This document shows positions 35,201 to 47,799 of a DNA stretch of 64,000 nucleotides, piece after piece. The translations under genes and the position numbers were made by a program. How positions within the stretch are numbered: the first letter of the stretch is position 1; every line of letters starts with the position of its first letter. The notes beneath the pieces were generated by a model. That model saw only the letters and a list, made by a program, of their open reading frames with translations. It was not told where the DNA came from and did no database searches. The stretch is from Lama guanicoe (lineage: Eukaryota): positions 7,606,773 through 7,670,772 of the forward strand of contig MU056050.1 in the NCBI GenBank assembly GCA_013239625.1, read 5' to 3'.

Positions 35201-35830
35201 TATCCTTTGTAAAAACAATTTCAAAAAATAGAAGAGGAGAGCACATTCCCACCTAATTATTTGAAGGCAATATTTCCTTTATACCAAACTCAAAGGAAGA
35301 CTATGTAAGAAAAGAAAACTACATAAACAAGTTTATACTGTACAGCACAGGGAAATATATTCAAGATCTAGTAGTAGCTCATGGTGAAAAAGAATATGAA
35401 AATGAATATATGAATATTCATGTATGACTGAAAAGTTGTGCTGTACACCAGAAAATGACACATTGTAAGCTGACTATAACTCAATAAAAGCCCACCCCAA
35501 AAAAGGAAACTATAGACCAGTATTTCTTACGAATATAGTCCAAAAATACTATCAAATTGAATCCAGTAACATATAAAAAGGATTATACATCCTGACCTAG
35601 TGATATTTATTCTAGAAATTTTAGGTTTGTTTAACATATAAAAATTAATCAATATAATACTGTATATTAATTGAATAATGGATAAATCACATGACTATGT
35701 CAATAGTCCCTGAAAAAACATTTGACAAAATCCAACACTTGTTCATATGGAAAACACTCAACAAACGATGAATAAAAGGAAAGTTCCTCAATCTGTTAAA
35801 GAGCATCTATTAAAATCCACAGTTAACCTC
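35200..35830 (+). mobile_element. Old L1 ORF2 fragment with a nested short young L1 3' end (about 35322-35505)
   Basis: L1 RT-region phrases (ATTTGACAAAATCCAACAC); the nested 3' UTR matches the other young copies. Confidence 0.7.
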
Positions 35831-37312
35831 ATTTGTTGTAGAACCTAAGGACTCTTTTTGAATGTCTTTCCCTGGTTCTGTGTGATAAACCTCTAGGGAC
35901 TCTTTTTAAATATGTCTTTCCCTGGTTCTCTGTGATAAACGTTTATCAGGTCTACCCTTTATGTTGGGTATAAGTATCATGGAGCTACCAGTTTTATCTT
36001 AATTGGTCACCAGGAAAATTGCAATTGTTTTAAATAATGCCCTTGGGCTCTAACTTGCCCAAGCTCTTTTCAAAATAATATCAGCCCCTTTAGTCTGGTC
36101 TGTGGAGCTTTTTGTTCTCATGTCTGCCTTTTTCCCTGGGAAGAACTTATATGCCAGTGCAAGGGAGTCATGGGTAGGGACATAAGCATGCTTCTCCTAG
36201 CTCTAAGAGCAGAGTTCTGGGCATGAAGATTAACCTTTTTAGTGTATAACCTCTGCCTTTTTAGAGAGTTGGGTCAGATGTGTTCAGGGTAAAACATACT
36301 CTGCCTGCCTTGCTTACAATAGAGCTTCCATCCCTTGAATAGAGACTGGGTGGGGGAAGGAAGTTGGGCCCACTGTGACTGCTCAGAATATAATTTCTGC
36401 AATATAGAGCTTAGGTGATACTGGTGGTCAGCTCTTCCCAGGATAAAACTGTGGTGCTAAACTAGGAACTAGATTGAGAGGGAGCCTATCTTTTTGAATG
36501 CAGATGCCTGGAGTAGAATTTCCATCATATTGAGGGGGTAGTAGGGGGATATAGACATATCAAGGCTGAAATGTCACAAACTCTCATTGTTCTTACCAGT
36601 ACTTACATGATTATCTTTATTAGATGCTTTGGGCCCTAAGGACATTTCAAGAGGTTTTAAATGTTTTTTAAAAATAGTTTTCAGTAAAATGGTTGTTTTG
36701 CTGAGGATAGAGTCCACTGGGCTCCTCAAACTACCATTCTGGAAGCCTATCCAAAGGTGATTTTTTTCCATATGGATATTCACATGACTCAGAACTATTT
36801 ATTAAACACACCATCTTTTCTTCAAAGTATTGTAGTGTCTTCTTGTCATAAATCGTATCATCATATACATATGTATCTGATTCTGGACTTTAGATTTTGT
36901 TCCAATAATTAGTTTGCCTAACTTTTTGCTGATACTACAGCCTCTTGATTACCATATTTTTATATAGGTATTCTTATCTAGTAGTTATTTTCTCCTTTTT
37001 GCTCATCTTCTACAAAATATTGATTATTTTTGATCCTTGGCATTTGCTGATGAATTTTAGGATCATCTAATAAATGTTCCAAAAACATACTGGAATTGAT
37101 TCACTGGAATTGTACTGAATCTATATATTAATTAGGGGAGACTTTACATCCTAACAATAGTCTTCTGATACATAATATAGTCTCTCTCTCCATTTATTTA
37201 TGTCTTTAAATGTTTTTTCAGAATGTGATTTTAATTTTCAGTATAAAGGTCTTTCACATTTGTTATAGCTATGTCTAGGAATTTGATTTCTTATACAATT
37301 GTAAGCAATGTC

Positions 37313-37731
37313 TGTATCAGTCAAGATTTCATCAGAGAAATAGAACATGTGAGATATATATATATATTTTAAAATTATATATATTAAAATTGAGAGAGAC
37401 AGAGACAGAGAGAGAATGGCTTATGTGAATGTGGGAGTAAGTCTGAAATCTACTGGGCAGGCTGACAAGCAGACTGGAACTCTTCAACACCAGCTAAAGT
37501 TGCAAACACAGGCAAACTATCTTCTTCAAAGAAACCTCGACTTCTGCTCTTATGGCCTTTCAGTGAACTCAATCAGGATCACTTATATTTAGGACAATTT
37601 CTTTTTTACTTCCAGTCAACCAAATATTGATGTTTATCCTATCTACAAAATACATTCATGGAAACATCTAGATTAGTATTTGAACAATTGGAGACTAGAG
37701 CCTACCTAACTGGACACAGAACTGTATCACA
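37313..37731. mobile_element. Solo LTR, MLT2-like (ERV-L)
   Basis: TG...CA termini; imperfect 5-bp TSD ATGTC/ATGTA; internal TA/GA microsatellite and GGCAGGCTG..CAGACTGGAA typical of MLT2. Confidence 0.65.
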
Positions 37732-38416
37732 ATGTAATTACATTTCTTTTCAAATTAAATGTTTATTGTTGAAATAAATAAAATTGATTTTAGTATCCTG
37801 ACTTGTAAACTCACTTAATTCTCATAGTTTGTTCATAAATTACTTGGACTCATTAGGTATCCAATCTTGTGTGCAAATAATGAAAAATTTATTTCTACCT
37901 TTCTAATCCTTATGCCTTTAATTTCTTTTTATTATTTTATTGTCCTGGTTTGGACCTGCAATACAAACTTGATTGATTAAAAGTGACAATAGAAGTCATC
38001 CTTGTTTTTTCTTCAACTAGTTATGCTAAAATATTTACCATTGAATGTAATGTTTGTTAAAGTTCTTTTGGAATATATTTTGTTAGAATGAACAAGTTGC
38101 CTTTTATTCCTATTTTTCTATAAATGTTTATCATGAACAGGTTTTAAATTTGTCAAGTACCATTTCTGCTTCTATTAATATGGTCCTGATGTTTCTCTTT
38201 TTAACTTTGGTAATATGATGAATTACATTGAATGATTTCTGAATGATAAACCACCCTTGGATACCCAGAATGAATATCACCTGATTGTGGTATATTTTAT
38301 TGTTTTATTTATTGCTAGATTCGAAATGTTAAATGTTTAGTAAGGATATTTTTATATCTATATTCATGAGAGAGATTTGTTTGTAATTTTTTTCTTTCAA
38401 TATCCTGGTCAGATTT

Positions 38417-40328
38417 CATTTATTTATTTTTTAAGGTTTTTTATTGAATTATAATCATCTTACAATGTTGTGTCAAATTCCAGTGTAGGGCACAATTTTT
38501 CAGTTATACATGAACGTATATATATTAATTGTCACATTTTTTTCTCTGTGAGCTACCATAAGATCTTGTATATATTTACCTATGCTATACAGTATAATCT
38601 TTTTTTTTTAACATTTTTTATTGGTTTATAATCACTTTATAATGTTGTGTCAAATTCCAGTGTTCAGCACAATTTTTCAGTCATTCATGGTAATATACAC
38701 ACTCATTGTCACATTTTTTTCTCTGTGAGTTATCATAACATTTTGTGTATATTTTCCTGTGCTATACAGTGTAATCTTGTTTATCTATTCTTCAATTTTG
38801 AAATCCCAGTCTATCCCTTCCCACCCTCCACCCCCGGCAACCACAAGTCTGTATTCTCTGTCCATGAGTCTATTTCTGTCCTGTATTTACACTTTGTTTT
38901 TGTTTGTTTGTTTGTTTTTGTTTGTGTTTTTTAGATTCCACATATGAGCAATCTCATATGGTATTTTTCTTTCTCTTTCTGGCTTACTTCACTTAGAATG
39001 ACATTCTCCAAGGACATCCATGTTGCTGCAAATGGCATTATGTTGTCGGTTTTTATGGCTGAGTAGTATTCCATTGTATAAATATACCACCACTTCTTTA
39101 TCCAGTCATCTGTTGATGGACATTTAGACTGTTTCCACACTTTGGGTATTGTAAATAGTGCTGCTATGAACATTGGGGTGCAGGTGTCTTTTTGAAGTAG
39201 GGTTCCTTCTGGATATATGCCCAGGAGTGGGATTCCTGGGTCATATGGTAAGTCTCTTCCTAGTCTTTTGAGGAATCTCCATACTGTTTTCCACAGTGGC
39301 TGCACCAAACTGCATTCCCACCAGCAGTGTAGGAGGTTTCCCTTTTCTCCGCAGCCTCTCCAGCATTTGTCATTTGTCAATTTTTGAATGATGGCCATTC
39401 TGACTGGTGAGAGGCGATACCTCACCGTAGTTTTGATTTGCATTTCTCTGATAATTAGTGATGTTGAGCCTTTTTTCATGTGCCTATTGATCATTTGTAT
39501 GTCTTCCTTGGAGAATTGCTTGTTTAGATCTTCTGCCCATTTTTGGATTGGGTTGTTTGTTTTTTTCTTATTAAGTTGTGTGAGCTGCTTATATATTCTG
39601 GAGATCAAGCCTTTGTCAGTTTCACTTGCAAAAATTTTCTCCCGTTCCGTAGGTTGTCTTTTTCTTTTACTTATGGTTTCCCTTGCTGTGCAGAAGCTTG
39701 TAAGTTTCATTAGGTCCCATTTGTTTATTCTTGCTTTTATTTCTATTGCTTGGGTAGACTGTCCTAGGAGAACATTTTTGAGATGTATGTGAGATAATGT
39801 TTTGCCTATATTTTCTTTAGGAGGTTTACTGTATCTTGTCTTATGTGTAAGTCTTTGATCCATTTTGAGTTGATTTTTGTGTGTGGTGTAAGGGAGTGTT
39901 CTAGCTTCACTGATTTACATGCTACTGTCCAGTTTTCTCGACACCATTTGCTGAAGAGACTGTGTTTATTCCATTGTATATTCTTGTCTCCTTTGTCAAA
40001 GATTAGTTGACCAAAAGTTTGTGGGTTCATTTCTGGGCACTCTATTCTGTTCCATTGGTCTATATGTCTGTTTTTGTACCACTACCATGCTGTCTTGATG
40101 ACTGTAGCTCTATAGTATTGTCTGAAGTCTGGGAGAGTTATTCCTCCAGCCTCTTTTTTTGTCTTCAGTAATGCTTTGGCAATTCTAGGTCTTTTATGGT
40201 TCCATATAAATTTTATTATGATTTGTTCTAGTTCTGTGAGAGAGTTACAAGGAACCCTCATAAGGCTCTCAGCTGATTTCTCTACACAAACACTGCAGGC
40301 CAGAAGGGAGTGGCAAGATATATTCAAA
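38417..40328 (-). mobile_element. Young composite L1: two tandem 3' ends, ORF2 C-terminus, inverted ORF1 fragment at the 5' end
   Basis: 15-bp TSD ATCCTGGTCAGATTT (38402-38416, 40329-40343); ORF2 C-terminal ORF 38931-39863. Confidence 0.9.
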
Positions 40329-43099
40329 ATCCTGGTCAGATTTTAGAATCAAAGTTGTGCTGGCTTCTTTAAAAAGAGTTGGATGTCTATTTTCTTACTT
40401 AGTTCTGGGTATGGATTTTGTGAAATTGATGCTATTTCTTTTTTAAATGCTGAGTCTAGGGTTTTTGTTATGGGAAGGTTTTAAATAATGGAGTAAATTT
40501 CTGTATAGATATTGGGCTATTCAGATTGCCTATGCATTATTTTTTCAGCTTTGGTAAATTATATTTTCAACCAATTTGCTTTTTTTCTTTAAATTTTAAA
40601 TTTAATTGCAGGCATTTGTTCATAATAACCTAATTAGTTTTAAATTTTTTAGGATCTCTTGTAATATGCTTTTTTCTTTTTTTATTGAAGTATAGTTGAT
40701 TTACAATGTTGTATTAGTTTCTGGTGTACAGCATAGGGATTCAGTCACATATACATTTTTTTCAGGTTCTTTTTCATTATGGATTATTACAAGATATTTT
40801 TGTTTTCTCTTTTTCTTGACCAATCTTACTAGACATTTATCAATTTTATTCAGCTTTTCAAAGAACAAACTTGGGCCCTTTTTGTTTTTCTCTATTTTAT
40901 ATTTTTTTAATTAAATTGATTTATATACTAATCTTTGTTATTTTCTTCCTTATAACATTCTAAGGTTAAATTTTACTGTTATTTTTCTAACTTCCTGAAA
41001 TGTAAGCTTAAAATTGACTTTCAGTGTTTCATTGATTGTAACATGAGAATATATACATATATTTATACACACAGATATTCCACTGACTGCTGAAGCTGTA
41101 TACCACAAATTTTGATATATTCATTGTATTTATTTTATTTCATTTTAAAATATTTTCTACTTTTACTTGTAATTTCACCTTTGATCTATTGATTATTTTT
41201 AAAAGAATTTGGCCTTTACTTTATTTTTTATTATTGAATGATATATTGTATAATATATTCTATTTTTGGTTTTGTTGTTAGTTTCTAGGTTACTTCCACT
41301 GAAGTCATGAAGACGCTTTGAATGACTTCAACCTTTATAAATATGTTGAGTCTCTCTGTACTGCAAAACATGATCCATTTTGTTAAATGTTCTTAATACA
41401 CATTAAAAGAAAATGAATCTGGCCATTTTTGGTTCAAGTGTTCAATGCATGACAAAGAGGTCATGTTTCATTATGTTGATCATACTTTCTTTGTCCTTTT
41501 CATTTATCTGTGTGTTTTAGTGTTTTACCCATTTTTTCTCTGTAGTGATTTTGCCAAGAGTGCTTGTCCATCCCACTAGGAAGCAGAAGTTTCTCCATTC
41601 CTTGTAATCAAATACTACATACACATTGTTAATTCCTAAATTTCCAGCTAGAGCTTTCATTTGAATCCATGCTGATATATCTAACTGTCTAATGAGTATC
41701 ATCACATCTCTCTGATACATCACATTCATATTAAAACTAAAATCATTATCTTCCACCCTGAATTCCTCCCCCCACAATCTTCCCATCTTACTGAAAGAAC
41801 TAAGCTGTTCATGTAGGAAAAAAATAGCATGAACTTTAGACTTCATTCTTGATGTCCATAGCACATGAAGAAAGTCAGTAAGTTATTACGTTTTACCTTT
41901 TGGACATCTTTCTGATCTATCTCCTCTCCATCCCCAGAGATATTGTTCCGTTATCTCCCGTTTGAACTCTTTCAGAAGCTTTTAATTGGCTTTCTTGCCC
42001 TCAAGAAGAGCCTTGTTCTCTCTGACCTCCTTCCATGTAATTGCCAGGGTTATCCTTATAAATCATGAATCTGATGTATTATCTTTCTGCTTAAAATCCT
42101 TAAACTGATTCTTATTACTGGCAAGATACATTTTACACATCTAAGTCTTTGTAATAATTTTTTTGTGGAATGTCATTCTTATATTTCCTCTCACTATTTT
42201 GTCCAGTTGAAAAACATCTTTTATATTTGCGAGAATGAATTTGTGTCAAGTTTTTTGCCCATCCTCCACTAGAATGGCATACTTCCACCATTATTCCCTT
42301 ACTAAGTCCAATATGGCTTCTATCACAAAACCTCAAAAACTTGATTTCATTTAATTTTACATGTCCATGACACCCATCTACCTCAAGGCTGTGAACAATT
42401 TAATATAAAAAACTTTGACTCGTTCATCTTTGTGTAATTCAGTATTGAGCTTGGCTGTTATTGGGCACTCAATAAATCTTGGTTGATTGAATACATAAAA
42501 TTTTTTTAAAACTACATACAATTTGCAGTATTTTAACCCATTTAATGTTAAGGATTTTATAAATGTTAATTTTAATCCATTAATCTGGTTAACTCCTATA
42601 TTTAATCAGAAACGATCTTATTCGATGAATAGCTCTGTTCTGTCTGTGAAGTCTTTTAACTGCTGTAGGCTATGTCTGGTATTTCAGTTAATCAATTAAG
42701 CTACCATAGAAATAAGTAAGGGGATAAATGACTTAGGCAGGATCTTTTATGTGACATCTCCTGAGAGAACTGGTTCATTTTACCATGTAGCTGAGCAGAG
42801 AGAGTAATAACAGCCATGTAGGGTGATCCTGGGAATAACTGCCTTTAGAAATCCCAAGGGTTAAACTCACTGTCTTCTCAAAACCCTCTCCACTGTTCCA
42901 CTCTCTGTCACTACGAGTAGCATCCCTATCGATGTAGTTGTAAAATCAAACACTTTAGGGTCATTTTATCACTTTCTCTCTGTCTTCACCTTACATTCTC
43001 TATCATTACTAAGTCCTATTGACTTACCTCTAAAATATTTCCTAAATCAGTCAATTTCTTTCCATTTCACAGCCACCACCCTCATCCAAGAACCACCAT

Positions 43100-46000
43100 T
43101 TTTTTCTTTATTTTTTTAAACATTTTTGATTGAGTTATAGTCATTTTACAATGTTGTGTCAATTTCCAGTGTAGAGCACAATTTTTCATTTATACATGAA
43201 CATACATATATTCATGGTTACATTCTTTTTCGCTGTGAGCTACCACAAGATCTTGTATATATTTCCCTGTGCTATAAAGTATAAACTTGTTTATCTATTC
43301 TGCATATGCCTCGTTGTATCTACAAATTTTGAACTCCCAGTCTGTCCCTTCCCACCCCCTCCCCCTTGGCAACCACAAGTTTGTATTCTATGTCTATGAG
43401 TCTATTTCGGTTTTGTATTTATGTCCATTTTCTTTTAGATTCCACATATGAGTGACCTCATATGGTATTTTTTTTTCTCTTTCTGGCTTACTTCACTTAG
43501 AATGACATTCTCCAGGGACATCCATGTTGCTGCAAATGGCATTATGTTGTCGGTTTTTATGGCTGAGCAGTATTCCATTGTATAAATATACCACCACTTC
43601 TTTATCCAGTCATCTGTTGATGGACATTTAGACTGTTTCCACACTTTGGGTATTGTAAATAGTGCTGCTATGAACATTGGGGTGCAGGTGTCTTTTTGAA
43701 GTAGGGTTCCTTCTGGATATATGCCCAGGAGTGGGATTCCTGGGTCATATGGTAAGTCTCTTCCTAGTCTTTTGAGGAATCTCCATACTGTTTTCCACAG
43801 TGGCTGCACCAAACTGCATTCCCACCAGCAGTGTAGGAGGTTTCCCTTTTCTCCGCAGCCTCTCCAGCATTTGTCATTTGTCAATTTTTGAATGATGGCC
43901 ATTCTGACTGGTGAGAGGCGATACCTCACCGTAGTTTTGATTTGCATTTCTCTGATAATTAGTGATGTTGAGCCTTTTTTCATGTGCCTATTGATCATTT
44001 GTATGTCTTCCTTGGAGAATTGCTTGTTTAGGTCTTCTGCCCATTTTTAGATTGGGTTGTTTGTTTTTTTCTTATTAAGTCATATGAGCTGCTTGTATAT
44101 TCTGGAGATCAAGCCTGTCAGTTTCACTTGCAAAAATTTTCTCCCATTCCGTAGGTTGTCTTTTGTTTTATTTATGGTGCATTATTTATGGCTCATAAGT
44201 TTAATTAGGTCCCATTTGTTTACTCTTGCTTTTATTTCTATTGCTTAGGTAGACTGCCCTAGGAGAACATTTTTGAGATGTATGTGAGATAATGTTTTGC
44301 CTATNNNNNNNNNNNNNNNNNNNNNNNNNNNNNNNNNNNNNNNNNNNNNNNNNNNNNNNNNNNNNNNNNNNNNNNNNNNNNNNNNNNNNNNNNNNNNNNN
44401 NNNNNNNNNNNNNNNNNNNNNNNNNNNNNNNNNNNNNNNNNNNNNNNNNNNNNNNNNNNNNNNNNNNNNNNNNNNNNNNNNNNNNNNNNNNNNNNNNNNN
44501 NNNNNNNNNNNNNNNNNNNNNNNNNNNNNNNNNNNNNNNNNNNNNNNNNNNNNNNNNNNNNNNNNNNNNNNNNNNNNNNNNNNNNNNNNNNNNNNNNNNN
44601 NNNNNNNNNNNNNNNNNNNNNNNNNNNNNNNNNNNNNNNNNNNNNNNNNNNNNNNNNNNNNNNNNNNNNNNNNNNNNNNNNNNNNNNNNNNNNNNNNNNN
44701 NNNNNNNNNNNNNNNNNNNNNNNNNNNNNNNNNNNNNNNNNNNNNNNNNNNNNNNNNNNNNNNNNNNNNNNNNNNNNNNNNNNNNNNNNNNNNNNNNNNN
44801 NNNNNNNNNNNNNNNNNNNNNNNNNNNNNNNNNNNNNNNNNNNNNNNNNNNNNNNNNNNNNNNNNNNNNNNNNNNNNNNNNNNNNNNNNNNNNNNNNNNN
44901 NNNNNNNNNNNNNNNNNNNNNNNNNNNNNNNNNNNNNNNNNNNNNNNNNNNNNNNNNNNNNNNNNNNNNNNNNNNNNNNNNNNNNNNNNNNNNNNNNNNN
45001 NNNNNNNNNNNNNNNNNNNNNNNNNNNNNNNNNNNNNNNNNNNNNNNNNNNNNNNNNNNNNNNNNNNNNNNNNNNNNNNNNNNNNNNNNNNNNNNNNNNN
45101 NNNNNNNNNNNNNNNNNNNCTTTGATGGTTCCATATAAATTTTATTATGATTTGTTCTAGTTCCGTGAAATATGTCCTGGGTAATTGGATAGGGATTGCA
45201 TTAAATCTGTAGATTGCCTTGGGCAGTGTGACTGTTTTAACAATACTGATTCTTCCAATCCAGGAGCATGGGATATCTTTCCATTTTTTAAAGTCTTCTT
45301 TAATTTCCTTCATCAATGTTTATAGTTTTCCGTGTATAAGTCTTTCACCTTCTTGGTTAGATTTACTCCTAGGTATTTTAGTGCTTTGGGTTCTATTTCA
45401 AAGGGGATTATTTCTTTACTTTCTTTTTCTGTTGATTCCTCATTAGTGCAAAGAAATGCAACTGATTTTTGAATGTTAATCTTGTAACCTGCTACCTTGC
45501 TGAATTCTTCGATCAGCTCTAGTAGTTTTTGTGTGGACCTTTTAGGGTTTTCTATATATAGCATCATGTCATCGGCATATAGTGACACTTTTACCTCTTC
45601 TTTTCCAATTTGGATCCCTTTTATTTCTCTCTTGCCTGATTGCTGTGGCTAGGACTTCTACGACTATGTTGAGTAGGAGTGGAGATAGTGGGCAACTTTG
45701 TCTTGTCCCAGAAAAAGTGGGAAGCTTTTGAGTTTTTCACCGTTGAGTACTATGCTGGCTGTAGGTTTGTCATATATAGCTTTTATTATGTTGAGATATG
45801 TTCCCGCTATACCCACTTTGGTGAGAGTTTTTATCATAAATGGGTGTTGAACTTTATCAAATGCTTTTTCTGCATCTATTGAGATGATCATGTGATTTTT
45901 GTCTTTTCTCTTGTTGATGTGATGTTGGCTGATTTGCATATGTTGAACCACCCTTGTGTCCCTGGGGTGAACCCCACTTGATCATGATGTATAATCTTTT

Positions 46001-46924
46001 TTATGTGTTGTTGGATTCTATTTGCTAATATTTTGGTGAGGATATTTGCGTCTATGTTCATCAGTGATGTTGGTCTGTAATTCTCTTTTTTGGTGGTGTC
46101 TTTGCCTGGTTTTGGTATCAGGGTGATGGTGGCTTCATAGAATGAGTTTGGGGGTGTTCCCTCCTTTTCAGTCTTCTGGAAGAGTTTGAGAAGGACTGGT
46201 ATGGGTTCTTCTTTGTATGTTTGGTAGAATTTCCCAGTGAAGCCATCTGGTCCTGGACTTATATTTGTAGGGAAGTTTTTTATTGCTAATTTGATTTCAT
46301 TTCTAGTGATTGGCTTATTTAAGTGGTCAGTTTCTTCTTGATTCAGTGTTGGTGGACAGTATGTTTCCAGAAACTTGTCCATCTCCTCTAGGTTACCCAG
46401 TTTGGTTCCATATAGTTTTTCATAATATTCTTGTATGATATTCTGTATTTCTATATTATTTGTTGTAATTTCTCCATTTTCCTTTCTTATTTTGCTTATT
46501 TGTGCTCTCTCTTTTTTCTTCTTTGTTAGTTTTGCCAGAAGTTTGTCAATTTTATTTACTGTTTAAAAAAACCAGCTTTTGGTTTGATTGATTTTTCAAT
46601 TGTTTTTTAATCTCTTTTATTTATTTCCTCCCTGATATTTATTATTTCCTTCCTTCTGCTGACTTTTGGTTTGTTTTTTTTTTTGCTCTTCTTTTTCTAA
46701 TTCGTTTAGCTGGTTGGTTAGATTGTTTATTTGAGATTGTTCCTCTTTTTTGAGGAAGGCCTGTATCACTATAAACTTCCCTCTTAGCACTGTCTTTGCT
46801 GTGTCCCATAGATTTTTTGTGGTTGTGTTTTCATTTTTATTTTTCTCAAGGTATTTTTCATTTTCAACTTTGATTTCATCATTGACCCATTAGTTTTTTA
46901 ATAGCATGTTGTTTAATCTCCATG
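43100..46924 (-). mobile_element. 5'-truncated L1 (ORF2 RT and C-terminus, frameshifted), containing the assembly gap
   Basis: ORF2 fragments including the YADD motif ([11 protein letters not shown], 45313-45588) and PGPDGF (45888-46382). Confidence 0.92.
44305..45119. other. Assembly gap (815 N)
   Basis: Run of N. Confidence 1.
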
Positions 46925-47799
46925 ACACTACCTTTTTATAGATTCCTTACCTTAATATTTATTGTATATTTCATTCTTTCTTCTCTATCACCAATAGACT
47001 GTGAGCTCACTGAAAACAATGCATATCTGATACTCTATCCCTCTATCCCTTTAGTATGTTGTCATCAAATATGAACGTGGGTGCTAATAGTTAATGTATT
47101 ACTTTTACCCAAATATTCTATTTGCATTTAGCAGTAGCCTTCCAGAGATGATGCTTTAGAACAGTGTTTCCCAAATGATGGTCTGTGAGACACTGGTCAG
47201 GTATTCCTGGCTAAATAACTGGTGAAACTGCAAACGTTATCTCCTTATTGAATATAGTATCTATTTACTGTATTAAGGGTTATGAAACATACTGCAATAA
47301 AACACAGATTAACTGAATATAGCCCAGCGTTTCCCACATTTATTTGACCAGAGAACTCTTTTCTCATGGCATATCTGTAAACATCTTGCTGAAAGGTGTA
47401 TTTTGGACACAGTCTATGAATTGACTCATAAATGATCGACTTCAGACACCAATTGTTCAATGTAGGATAGTTACAAAGGACAGGAGGGGATTGAGTTAGC
47501 CCAGAAATTATCTTGAAAGACCTGAGGGTATCTCCCAAATGGTCTCCTCAACCTCTTAACAGTTTGGTATAACTATGCCATTCAAGGGCCACCTCCTCAG
47601 TCTAATTTTGGTCTTTCCAGTGCTGTTTCATCCCAGAGTATTTCAGTATCCTTGGTGACCTTACACAACCATGAATTTTTTGGGAGTACCAGGTGATCCA
47701 TCTTGTTTCTTTTTCCCATAAAAATGTTATTTTTAAAAAATTATTTATTTTTTCTTTTCATTATGAGTTTATTTCCAATGTGCACCAGCCCCATATATT

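Noticed and set aside
35841..35940. About 50-bp imperfect tandem duplication (also a ~30-bp one at 59020-59080)
   Set aside because: Small local duplications within decayed repeats, with no sign of function.
44201..45316. 277-371 aa ORFs in the ORF track
   Set aside because: Artefacts of translating the N gap.
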